From the NCBI GenBank assembly GCA_045531795.1, contig JAZSET010000073.1:202-64201 (forward strand): a stretch of DNA of 64,000 nucleotides. Direction: 5' to 3'. The notes under the pieces are model-generated. The model was given only the letters and a program-made list of their open reading frames with translations. It was not told where the DNA came from and made no database searches. This DNA comes from Eubacteriales bacterium. Lineage in GTDB: Bacteria > Bacillota > Clostridia > Oscillospirales > CAG-272. The translations under genes and the position numbers were made by a program. Positions 39,838-48,449 of this stretch are shown in pieces (position 1 is the first letter of the stretch; each line of letters begins with the position of its first letter).

Positions 39838-39851
39838 AGGAGTAAAATTTT

Positions 39852-40052
39852 ATGGATAAGAAAAACAAGAAGCCAAGATGTATGCTTATAGGGAAAGACG
39901 GTAATATATTTGTCCTTTTGGCTTTGGCTTCCCGCACCCTGAAAGAAAATGGATTAAATCAAGAAGCTGATGAAATGTACAAGCGGGCAACATCATCAAG
40001 CAGTTATGATGAGGCTCTGTGCATTATCGGCGAATATGTAGTTATATGTTAA
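39852..40052 (+). CDS. Hypothetical small protein (66 aa)
   Basis: ORF with an aaggag RBS. No motif recognised. Confidence 0.45.
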   Translation: MDKKNKKPRCMLIGKDGNIFVLLALASRTLKENGLNQEADEMYKRATSSSSYDEALCIIGEYVVIC

Positions 40053-40064
40053 TGGAGGTAAACT

Positions 40065-40262
40065 ATGTTTTATAAGGTATTATTTTTACTTGCTTGCTAC
40101 AACATGTTTGTAAGTGTAAGAAGTTTTATTAAGGAATACGTTGTTATCGAAAATGGCGAACTCGTTCAAATTCCGAAGAAAGCATACATTTCTATTGGTG
40201 CTACTGTACTGTTTCATATAATGGTACTTTCGGTTTGCACATTGCCGTCATTTTTGTTTTGA
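40065..40262 (+). CDS. Hypothetical small membrane protein (65 aa)
   Basis: Two hydrophobic segments. RBS ggagg upstream. Confidence 0.4.
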   Translation: MFYKVLFLLACYNMFVSVRSFIKEYVVIENGELVQIPKKAYISIGATVLFHIMVLSVCTLPSFLF

Positions 40263-40284
40263 TTATTTGAAGGAGATATAAGTT

Positions 40285-40530
40285 ATGAAATTATTTGGCA
40301 AATCGGATAACAAAAAGCCGCAAAAACAGGTTAAATATGTATCCGGCGAACTCGGTATTGTCGAAAAAGGAAAAAGAGGTATGATATATTCTACAGATGG
40401 CAAAATCATATTTACCTCTGAAATCGTTGATCTCAAGAACAAGACCGAGCACGGAATAGATATTGAAACTCTCAATTCTGTCTACAAAGTCTCTTACCCT
40501 CAAGGCTGCAAGGCACAAAGAGTAAGCTGA
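40285..40530 (+). CDS. Hypothetical small protein (81 aa)
   Basis: ORF with RBS 'gaaggag'. No motif recognised. Confidence 0.45.
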   Translation: MKLFGKSDNKKPQKQVKYVSGELGIVEKGKRGMIYSTDGKIIFTSEIVDLKNKTEHGIDIETLNSVYKVSYPQGCKAQRVS

Positions 40531-40560
40531 CTTATTTTTGGAACACTTAAATAAAAATAA

Positions 40561-40605
40561 ATCCGGTGTGTTGCCTTGATATTAAGGTACACATCGGATT
40601 TTTGT
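40561..40605 (+). terminator. Intrinsic terminator
   Basis: atccggtgtg/cacatcggat stem followed by T5. Confidence 0.7.
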
Positions 40606-40722
40606 TAATGATTATTAAATTTGAGAATCTTGATTTCAAAGTGGTTTTATGTTAAAATGAATCAATACAAATATTATTTGTTTGAAATATATTTATATGC
40701 TATTAGATGGAAGGTAAATTTA

Positions 40723-41637
40723 ATGAACGATCAATTTGCTGACGAATGTGTAAAAGTCATACAATCGGGAAATATAAATGAGATTAACCAATATTTAGAA
40801 CATTTTTTTGAAAGCATTGATATTGATAAACTAATTAAAAAAATTAAAAGATTTCGTTATTTAAATATTGCTTCTTTAAAAGATGATGAATTGAAATATG
40901 AAATAAAAAATATTCTTATGCATAATAACATATGGAGCTTAATAAATACATATTCTGTTTTTAAGACGGGAAGATATTTTTATAGGGTTCGTTTGTTGAA
41001 AAATTTTGATTTTCCAAATGAAAATTTACAACAACTTTCTGATTTTTGGAATCCTCCTATTAAATTTGTAGATAAATATGGAAGAATAAACGCACCGCAC
41101 GAATCGCTCCTATATACATCTTTTAATCCTCAAACTGCAATATATGAAAAAAAGGCATTTAATTTGCCTATAGCATTATTTGCATATAAAAACAAAAGAG
41201 ATATAAAAGTTTCTTGGATTGGAGCACCAACAAACTATAAGCACCATAACTTTACAAGTCCAAAAGCGATATGTGTTCATGAGATTATAAATAATTTTTT
41301 AATTGATGAATTTACACAAGAAGTTCCTGTAGGAAAAGAAAGCATGTACAGGATCACAGAACACATTGCTAAGGAATATTTTTATGATCCAAATGGAAGC
41401 GGATGGAGATATCCCTCTATTAAGAAAGAAGCATCTGATAATATCTGTTTTTCAACAAACAAGTTAACAGATGATATTGAGTTGGTGGGGGCAATTATTG
41501 GAACGATGTATAAGAATGGAGGATTTGACTTCAAATATTTTATTAGGGGTACAGAAATTGAGAAGAATTATCTATATACAGATAAAGATAATGTTGAATT
41601 CTTCAAGCGGTTGTTTCCAGAGTTTAAGAAAATTTAA
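40723..41637 (+). CDS. RES-domain protein (NAD+-targeting toxin family) with ~110-aa N-terminal extension
   Basis: 'YFYRVR', 'YGRINAPHESLLYTSFNPQTAIYEK' (R...E core) and 'GWRYPSIK' (Ser) match the R-E-S signature. The gene is markedly AT-rich. The ATG at 40723 follows 'ggaagg'. Confidence 0.6.
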   Translation: MNDQFADECVKVIQSGNINEINQYLEHFFESIDIDKLIKKIKRFRYLNIASLKDDELKYEIKNILMHNNIWSLINTYSVFKTGRYFYRVRLLKNFDFPNENLQQLSDFWNPPIKFVDKYGRINAPHESLLYTSFNPQTAIYEKKAFNLPIALFAYKNKRDIKVSWIGAPTNYKHHNFTSPKAICVHEIINNFLIDEFTQEVPVGKESMYRITEHIAKEYFYDPNGSGWRYPSIKKEASDNICFSTNKLTDDIELVGAIIGTMYKNGGFDFKYFIRGTEIEKNYLYTDKDNVEFFKRLFPEFKKI

Positions 41638-41693
41638 ACAAAGTATAGTGCAAAATATAAATAAAACCGTATATTAACATTTTTCCCTTTTTC

Positions 41694-41920
41694 AGCAAAA
41701 CCTCTTGAAACACCAAATATACTATGCTAAAATAACAATGTAAAAATGGTAAGCAGTTAAAATGGTAAGCAGTTGAACAGGTATGAAAGTACTATCCCGT
41801 GGGATAGCCATGCTCATACCTGTTTTTTCATTTTTACAGGACAACAAAATATTTTAAGGAAACAAACACACAAATCTAAGTCTTTGATGGCTTTATTTGT
41901 GTGTTTTTTTGTTTTCAAAA
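41694..41920 (+). promoter_or_regulatory. Promoter-leader-double-terminator module, copy B
   Basis: The first ~145 nt are identical to copy A apart from 3 substitutions, at a constant offset of 10481 nt. -35 at 41705-10, -10 at 41728-33, terminator 1 at 41776-41828, terminator 2 at 41864-41910. Confidence 0.6.
41864..41910 (+). terminator. Intrinsic terminator 2 of leader module B
   Basis: Perfect 12-bp stem aaacacacaaat/atttgtgtgttt followed by a T-run. Confidence 0.75.
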
Positions 41921-41940
41921 TTCAAGGAGGTAAACAAAAA

Positions 41941-42393
41941 ATGAAAAACCACAGGTTGAACGAAAGGCAAAGCAGATTTGCCCAAACACATTACGGTGTT
42001 CTTGAGGATTTCTTGCGAAAGCGAGGTCTTCCATTTGAAGAATACTACGATGCTGTTGTGTTCGAGTATCTTGAAGCAGTAAAACGCTATGATGAGATCC
42101 TTGCATTAAGACGAGAAACATTCGAGTCTGTTGCGGAAAGAATCATGCTTATGGCACTTCGAGAACACTTTGAACAGTCTGACAGACTGCAGGAACAAAA
42201 GGATTTGTTTGAAGCCGTGTATCCCTACTCTCACAGATATGGAGATATGGTACCGGACAAAACAGTTAATGTTTGCGAACAGGTATGCCGGAGATACGCC
42301 GATACTCCAAAAAAGAAGTATAGGCTCTCATATATACGAACACCCAAAAACGTAAGTTGCATTGTCGTCAAGGGGGTGAGCGTTATGAGGTAA
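41941..42393 (+). CDS. Sigma-70-family-like (region 2-like) small transcription factor
   Basis: aaggagg RBS before the ATG at 41941. 'LEDFLRKRGLPFEEYYDAVVFEYLEAVKRYDE' resembles sigma region 2 of mobile-element sigma-like proteins. The assignment is tentative. Confidence 0.4.
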   Translation: MKNHRLNERQSRFAQTHYGVLEDFLRKRGLPFEEYYDAVVFEYLEAVKRYDEILALRRETFESVAERIMLMALREHFEQSDRLQEQKDLFEAVYPYSHRYGDMVPDKTVNVCEQVCRRYADTPKKKYRLSYIRTPKNVSCIVVKGVSVMR

Positions 42394-42451
42394 AATGTGT
42401 TCGTGAAAGCAGACAAAAAATCCAAAAAACAAAATTTAGGAGGACTCAAAA

Positions 42452-43780
42452 ATGAGTGAAGAAAAAACAAACGGATTTTTAGCAAACGACATCGATCTTG
42501 GCAGTGACACAGCTTTTTCGGACTTTCCCGCTTTCGACGGTGCAGATTTTGGAGATTTATTCGAGGACAAATCTTCTCACACCGAAGTAAACACGGATAG
42601 CGTTGTGTCGGATACAGCAGCCACAGAAGAAACGAATGTCACAGTACAGGGGGATGGACAGAATGATGAACACACAGGCGACAAAACAGACGCTTCTGAA
42701 GCAGAAGAAACAAAACCGAACAGCGGTACTTCAAAATCAGAAGAACAAGATCCTTTTGAAGCAGCACTGGCACAGGCAACCGCAAAAGAGGCAGAAAAGA
42801 CAAAGAGTAGTTTGATCTCCAAACTTCCTATCTTTCAATATGCCAACGCAAAAGAAGAAATTGCCGACACTTCAAAAACCTTTGATGAGCTTCGTAATGA
42901 AAAGGCAGAGGATTTTCCCGAACTTGACGACGGAACTTCTGTAACTTGGAAAATGACATACGGAACGATAAGCAAGTCCGTATCCAATCCCAAGAAAACT
43001 ACCATTGCGAGCTTGAAAACTCAGATAGAAGGTTCAAAGGAATTTTTGGAGTATCTTAAAAAAGCAAAGGGCGAGGTTGAATGTAAAGTTACTCCCTCTG
43101 TTACCGCAAAGAAAAAGGGACAAATGTCATCATATAAAGGTGTGTTTGTTACTCTTGAAGATGCGGCAACAAGCGGGAAAGCTATTGCATACGTGCCGTC
43201 GGATGACGGCAAGGTGTATGAGGTGCGTCCTAACAGAATCGGCACATTTATCACTCCTACCGAAAAAGTATCAATGTTAAGAAAGGTAAGGGCCGGGTTT
43301 ATCCCGGCTCTGCCGAAAATCCCTTATTCGATTTTGTCAGAGATTTTATCTTTCTTTAAGGCATATATCACAGAAAACGGCGAGCTTGAAGCCCTTGCAT
43401 TTATCTATTGGTCTGTGGAAGAAGAAAAATACCGTGTGTATGTTCCGAAGCAGACTGTATCTAAGGCAAGCGTGGATTCGAGTCTTCCCGATATTGATGA
43501 GGATAAATTCATACTCGTTATGGAAATACATTCTCACAATACTATGACGGCAAGATTCTCCCCGACCGATGACAGAGATGAAAAAGCCACAAGGCTTTAC
43601 ACAGTTGTCGGACGAATGGATAAGGTCTTTCCCGACATTACCACACGCGCATCTGTCGGAGGCAAATATATAGAGGTTGATCCCGAAACGGTCTTTGAAC
43701 GATTTGAAGGTGCTTTTCCCGAGTCTTGGAAAGAAGCAGTTGAAGCTGTAACTCCCAAAAAGAAGGAGGTTATAGAATGA
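42452..43780 (+). CDS. Protein with acidic disordered N-terminus and C-terminal JAB/MPN (JAMM) metallopeptidase domain
   Basis: Exact JAMM motif 'EIHSHNTMTARFSPTDD' (E...HxHx7SxxD). Confidence 0.75.
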   Translation: MSEEKTNGFLANDIDLGSDTAFSDFPAFDGADFGDLFEDKSSHTEVNTDSVVSDTAATEETNVTVQGDGQNDEHTGDKTDASEAEETKPNSGTSKSEEQDPFEAALAQATAKEAEKTKSSLISKLPIFQYANAKEEIADTSKTFDELRNEKAEDFPELDDGTSVTWKMTYGTISKSVSNPKKTTIASLKTQIEGSKEFLEYLKKAKGEVECKVTPSVTAKKKGQMSSYKGVFVTLEDAATSGKAIAYVPSDDGKVYEVRPNRIGTFITPTEKVSMLRKVRAGFIPALPKIPYSILSEILSFFKAYITENGELEALAFIYWSVEEEKYRVYVPKQTVSKASVDSSLPDIDEDKFILVMEIHSHNTMTARFSPTDDRDEKATRLYTVVGRMDKVFPDITTRASVGGKYIEVDPETVFERFEGAFPESWKEAVEAVTPKKKEVIE

Positions 43781-44499
43781 AGCTTGCCATAGACAGACCG
43801 GTAAAGATATTGATAATCGGTGCCGGAGGAACGGGCGGTCATGTTATACCGCATCTGTATAGAATTGCCTACTCCATAAACAGAGCGTGCAAGGTGATTA
43901 TCGCTGACGGTGATATAGTGGAAAGAAAAAACCTTGTCAGACAGAATTTTGCCGAATGTGATATAGGCGAAAACAAAGCAAAGGTTATGGCTGAGAGATA
44001 TTCCGAGGTGTTTGGTATCGAAACCGAATATATCCCGGAATATATCGAAAGCGAAGATGAACTCTACGAGCTTCTTCATGTACCAAATAATTATTATGGC
44101 CGACCGAAGCCCATAAGCATTCTCATCGGTGCCGTTGACAATAACCGTTCAAGAGTGATGTGTAATAATGTTTTCAATAAGCTTGACGACATTATCTACA
44201 TTGATTCGGGTAACGGTGAGTTTACGGGACAGGTGGTGTGCGGTGCAAAGATGGGCGGCAAGGTTATCAGTAAGCCGATAGCGAGGCTTTACCCGGATAT
44301 CCTTACCGATACCGAAAAGTTTCCTTCCGAACTTTCTTGTGCGGAAAGAAATGTGTCGGCACCCCAGACTATTGCCGCAAATGTATTTGCAGGTACGGCA
44401 GTGGCTACCATGCTTTACTATTTGCTCATTGAAGGAAATCTTGAGAGTACAAGGGTAACCTTTTCTTCAAAGAAATTAACTATCAGAAAGGCAGCATAA
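43777..44499 (+). CDS. ThiF/MoeB/E1-like adenylyltransferase
   Basis: 'ILIIGAGGTGG' (Rossmann P-loop), 'DGDIVERKNLVRQ', 'GENKAKV' and 'AVDNNRSR' are canonical E1-like adenylation-domain motifs. The start overlaps the JAB gene stop. Confidence 0.8.
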   Translation: MKLAIDRPVKILIIGAGGTGGHVIPHLYRIAYSINRACKVIIADGDIVERKNLVRQNFAECDIGENKAKVMAERYSEVFGIETEYIPEYIESEDELYELLHVPNNYYGRPKPISILIGAVDNNRSRVMCNNVFNKLDDIIYIDSGNGEFTGQVVCGAKMGGKVISKPIARLYPDILTDTEKFPSELSCAERNVSAPQTIAANVFAGTAVATMLYYLLIEGNLESTRVTFSSKKLTIRKAA

Positions 44500-44503
44500 G
44501 GAT

Positions 44504-44689
44504 ATGGTAAATGACATTGTGCTAACACAAACAAAAAAGGTAGTTATGACTATGGATAAAACCGTAACTGTCGTAACAGAGAAACTTGAAACCGTAGATA
44601 AGTACGGCAGACGAAAACTCCAAAACTATGAGAGAACCGAAAGTGTTGAAAATCACGATCTCGGACTTGATTTATGGAGGGCTGCTTAA
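44504..44689 (+). CDS. Small protein (61 aa) ending in Ala-Ala, adjacent to the E1-like gene (candidate modifier)
   Basis: ORF between the E1-like and methyltransferase genes, with stop/start overlap TAATG. The sequence is predominantly beta-strand-like by eye. C-terminus '...LDLWRAA'. Confidence 0.4.
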   Translation: MVNDIVLTQTKKVVMTMDKTVTVVTEKLETVDKYGRRKLQNYERTESVENHDLGLDLWRAA

Positions 44690-46053
44690 TGTCGGAAAGC
44701 TATTATGCTCTTGAACGATTTGCGGCAGCAGACAGAAGCCTTGTAAGCATTATCGAAGCAATGCCCATAAAACGCAGGGCTATTGATATTTACAAGGAAA
44801 AGAACAACATACAACGAGCAAAAGACACCTTCTCTGAGCTTGAAAGCGTCAAGAATAGACTTCTTGATACTGTCAGAGAACTCGGTCTTTTGTTCTCGGA
44901 GTGTGATTTGCCCGAATGCTCTGCTTATGCAAATAAACTTTACGGTGCCGTAAAAGCTTTCAAACTTATGACACACGACTATACCAAGCTTATCTCGGCT
45001 ATACAAGCTATAAAAGACAAAATTCCGAAAAGTGAAGCGGCTACCGCAAGAACTATCGGACACCTTATGAATAACGTAAAAATGGGATACTATCCTACCG
45101 ATATTTCTCATGTCAAGAGAATTAAAAACGCTTTGAAGTTTCCCGAAACAAGTGTAAATATATTTGATCCTTGCTGCGGTTGCGGTCTTGCACTTGAAGC
45201 TCTCGCTTTGGGTACTGACACAGTTACCTACGGAACTGAAATAGATGAGGCACGAGGTAAGGAAGCCGAAAGCCGTCTTGACAGAGTGGGATTCGGAAGC
45301 TTCTTTCATTCAAGAATAAGCTCAGACGCTTTTCAAGCCCTGTTTCTTAATCCACCGTACTTAAATGTTATGGGTGAAGGCGGAGTCAAGGCAAGAAGCG
45401 AGAAAAGATTTCTTGTGGAAAGTATGGGACACTTGATGAAAGACGGCGTACTTATGTACATTATCCCGTATTACAGATTGACATACGATATTTGCCGTGT
45501 GCTTTGCGATAATTTTGGGGATATATCTCTTTACAGATTCCTTGATGATGAGTTTTCCAAGTTTCATCAGATCGTTGTCTTTGGTGTACGAAAGCCAAAG
45601 GACGACGGCTCGGAACTTGCGGAAAAACTGTCGCAATACGCAATGTGTCCCGAAAAGATACCGATGATTGATACTTTGGGAACAGGAATATATTCTATTC
45701 CCGAAGCAAAGAAGCCTATCGAGATATTCAAAGGAGCAAATTTCAATCTTGGCGAACTTCGGCGTCAGCTTGCTGCATCCAAAAGCATAAATATGATTTT
45801 TGAGAAAAGCAAGATAGATGCTATGGAAAAACGCCCGCTTTTGCCCCTTAATATCGGTCAGGTAGGTCTCATCGGAGGAAGCGGACTCATAAACGGCTAT
45901 GTTGACTGTGATACACCCCACGTTATCAAAGGCAGAGTCATAAAAGAAATAAAGCGGAGAGAAAATGATACGGAAGGCACCCTGACAGAAACGAGAGTCA
46001 ACAGGATGCTTTTTAACATTTTAACGCCTGAAGGTGTAAAACATCTGGCGTAG
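44689..46053 (+). CDS. SAM-dependent DNA methyltransferase (NPPY class)
   Basis: Motif I 'IFDPCCGCGLALEAL', motif IV 'FLNPPY'. GGAGGG upstream of the ATG at 44689. Confidence 0.75.
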   Translation: MSESYYALERFAAADRSLVSIIEAMPIKRRAIDIYKEKNNIQRAKDTFSELESVKNRLLDTVRELGLLFSECDLPECSAYANKLYGAVKAFKLMTHDYTKLISAIQAIKDKIPKSEAATARTIGHLMNNVKMGYYPTDISHVKRIKNALKFPETSVNIFDPCCGCGLALEALALGTDTVTYGTEIDEARGKEAESRLDRVGFGSFFHSRISSDAFQALFLNPPYLNVMGEGGVKARSEKRFLVESMGHLMKDGVLMYIIPYYRLTYDICRVLCDNFGDISLYRFLDDEFSKFHQIVVFGVRKPKDDGSELAEKLSQYAMCPEKIPMIDTLGTGIYSIPEAKKPIEIFKGANFNLGELRRQLAASKSINMIFEKSKIDAMEKRPLLPLNIGQVGLIGGSGLINGYVDCDTPHVIKGRVIKEIKRRENDTEGTLTETRVNRMLFNILTPEGVKHLA

Positions 46054-46064
46054 AAAGGATTTAT

Positions 46065-46373
46065 ATGGAATACGAAATTGACCTAAAGAAGCTTGTTTCG
46101 TGCTTAAAGAAAGATAAGTCACAATCTGTTCCCGAGTATATCGAAACAGACGGTGAAAGATATATCTTTGAAAATATCATTCAAAAGTTTGCATCAAATT
46201 CCGATGTTACAATGGATGAAATTGACCTTGATGCATTTGATGAAGATGATATCACAACACTTATTGATTATAAATCGGACTTTATTGAGGATACGCTATG
46301 TGCGGTATATAAGTTGGTTAAAACATTTGGTGATATGCCGCCGGCAATCGTAAGGGCGAGACAATTCTTTTAG
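46065..46373 (+). CDS. Hypothetical acidic protein (102 aa)
   Basis: ORF with an RBS. Asp/Glu-rich segment 'DVTMDEIDLDAFDEDDITTLIDYKSDFIEDT'. Confidence 0.45.
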   Translation: MEYEIDLKKLVSCLKKDKSQSVPEYIETDGERYIFENIIQKFASNSDVTMDEIDLDAFDEDDITTLIDYKSDFIEDTLCAVYKLVKTFGDMPPAIVRARQFF

Positions 46374-46382
46374 GAGGACAAA

Positions 46383-46976
46383 ATGAAGTTAAAGGAAGAA
46401 GAATATTCAAGACAACTGCTTATGATAGTCTGTCTTTTTAAGGTGTTTCATGATGCAGGTATTACCATTCTCGAAAGATGTGATGGTGCAACACCTCTTC
46501 ATATGGACTATTACTATGAATTTGCGTTAGATGCTATTCAAAATGCCGCACCGATTGTGTACAGCGATGAAAATCTCTACACGAAACACGGATTCTCATA
46601 TGACGATGATGAAGTAAATCTTTATGCATATTCGTCAAAGGAATTTAAGGAGTATTACCGTATCGCTCGAAAACTACACCGTATCGAAGGCTGTAAGACA
46701 AAGGAAAACCCGTATATCAAAGAGTTTGAAAGAAAAATTGAAAGATTACGAGGTTTTGACTCATATAACTTTGATTACTTTATTGGCGGTAAAAGAAAAG
46801 GTGCAAGACTTGAGGCTTTGTGGGGATATGAATTTGATTGTGAGATTCCCATGTGCTTGTGGATCGTGCGTGTAATGTCTTTTGCAAAAGCGGAACTTCC
46901 AAAAATTCAAAAGAAGTACCGAGAAGCACGCCGTAAAAAACGTTCGGGAGGTAAGCATCATGCGATACAACGATGA
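46383..46976 (+). CDS. Hypothetical protein (197 aa)
   Basis: ORF with an aggagg RBS. No motif recognised. Confidence 0.45.
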   Translation: MKLKEEEYSRQLLMIVCLFKVFHDAGITILERCDGATPLHMDYYYEFALDAIQNAAPIVYSDENLYTKHGFSYDDDEVNLYAYSSKEFKEYYRIARKLHRIEGCKTKENPYIKEFERKIERLRGFDSYNFDYFIGGKRKGARLEALWGYEFDCEIPMCLWIVRVMSFAKAELPKIQKKYREARRKKRSGGKHHAIQR

Positions 46977-47616
46977 AATGGTAATACACATTACAAGTGA
47001 AGGCAAAATTTTGGTTGAGGACATAGAAAACGGTGTCAAGGCATTCAAAACGGTAGAGCCGGAGGTATTCATCAACTGTGTGAAAGATTCTATACGCACA
47101 AGTATGGTTTCAAGCGGCATCTTGCCAAGCGGCGTATTTTATTACGGCGCAGGAGATGGCGGTAAACAAAAGGTATGTGTAGAATTTCCTGCAAGAAGAT
47201 GTGATGTTATGTACAAGAAGACCGAGTATAAGGACTTTCCTATACCGAGACTTGTTTTCGGTTTTGTCCTTGACGGTGATCGTATTACAAATGTCAATCT
47301 TGGTGTTGTAGATGATGGTAACCTTACTCCCAAAAGTAAGATGTACATATATCCGTTTTCCAATGTAAGCGGATATAGACTGTGTTGCGGTTCAAATAAA
47401 TTGCCGAACATTAAGTCTTTGCATCAGCTAACAGGAGTAATGTACTTTATCATGTCAATGCCAAATAACAACGACCACTACCGTTCGGAACGCACAAAAC
47501 TCGAAACAGAACTCAGAACAGTTTTTGAGCTTCTCAAGGATAAAGATCCTAAATACTATTATACCGATGTTCTGAAAGAAAGCGGAAAAACTCTAAAAGA
47601 TTTTGTGGATAATTAA
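46960..47616 (+). CDS. E2/UBC-like protein candidate (PRTRC-type cassette member)
   Basis: 'IYPFSNVSGYRLCCGSNKLP' parallels the E2 'HPN(x)nG.IC' active-site arrangement. GGGAGG lies upstream of the ATG at 46960. The gene sits in the same cluster as the JAB and E1-like genes. Confidence 0.4.
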   Translation: MRYNDEMVIHITSEGKILVEDIENGVKAFKTVEPEVFINCVKDSIRTSMVSSGILPSGVFYYGAGDGGKQKVCVEFPARRCDVMYKKTEYKDFPIPRLVFGFVLDGDRITNVNLGVVDDGNLTPKSKMYIYPFSNVSGYRLCCGSNKLPNIKSLHQLTGVMYFIMSMPNNNDHYRSERTKLETELRTVFELLKDKDPKYYYTDVLKESGKTLKDFVDN

Positions 47617-47631
47617 GAAAGGAAAACAATT

Positions 47632-48435
47632 ATGAGGGAATATTTTGAAGATTTCGGAAAGCCTTTTCCTGCAAGCGATGTCAGTTGGCGTTTGCAATAT
47701 GTAAACAAAGAGAAAATGCAAGGAATAGCTGTTCCTTACCTTGATGCCCGTGCCATTGCCGACAGACTTGATGAGGTAGTGGGACAGATGAATTGGAAGG
47801 ACAGTTACACCCCTTGGCACGATTGCACAGGAGGCAAAAAAACAAAACAGTCCCAGCTTTGCACCATTTCTATCTTCGATGCGGAAAATAATCAGTGGAT
47901 AGATAAAACAGACGGTGCAGAAGACAGTGATATTGAGCCAATCAAGGGCGGTCTCTCAGATGCCTTTAAGCGTGCTGCGGTGAAATGGAATATCGGAAGA
48001 TATTTGTATAGCTTCAGCACGGTTTGGGTAACTGCGGTAGAACGTGGCGATAGCTATGTTATAGCAGATTCGGAAAAATCAAAACTCGAAGATGCATATA
48101 ACAAACAGGTTGCAAAGATTTTTGGTGGCAGTGCACCTACTACCACTACAAAAGCACCTTCCCAAAAGCCCGATGTTACACCCGGTAATTCCGGACAGCC
48201 CGGTGCTGAAAAGCCTACCCAGAATGATGACATCTATGAAGTTCGCAAAATTCAGGTACAGGACAACCGCAGTTCTATTCTGCTTTTTGGAAACGGAAAA
48301 CAGTTCCAAGCATTTATGAATGGTACTGATGCCCGTTTACAGCCCGGTACCAGAATTAAAAACATCAATGCTCAAAAGGGTAAAAATGCTTACGGCAGTT
48401 ACGCAATACTCGGTTCTTATGATATTGCGGCTTAA
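47632..48435 (+). CDS. Rad52/Sak-like single-strand annealing protein
   Basis: 'VPYLDARAIADRLDEVVGQMNWKDSY' and 'GGLSDAFKRAAVKWNIGRYLY' match the Rad52/22 family signature. Confidence 0.65.
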   Translation: MREYFEDFGKPFPASDVSWRLQYVNKEKMQGIAVPYLDARAIADRLDEVVGQMNWKDSYTPWHDCTGGKKTKQSQLCTISIFDAENNQWIDKTDGAEDSDIEPIKGGLSDAFKRAAVKWNIGRYLYSFSTVWVTAVERGDSYVIADSEKSKLEDAYNKQVAKIFGGSAPTTTTKAPSQKPDVTPGNSGQPGAEKPTQNDDIYEVRKIQVQDNRSSILLFGNGKQFQAFMNGTDARLQPGTRIKNINAQKGKNAYGSYAILGSYDIAA

Positions 48436-48449
48436 GGAAAGGGACGGTT

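Noticed and set aside
41773-41940. N-terminal extension of the sigma-like ORF (track start 41773)
   Set aside because: The extension translates straight through two terminator hairpins of leader module B. A strong AAGGAGG RBS precedes the internal ATG at 41941.
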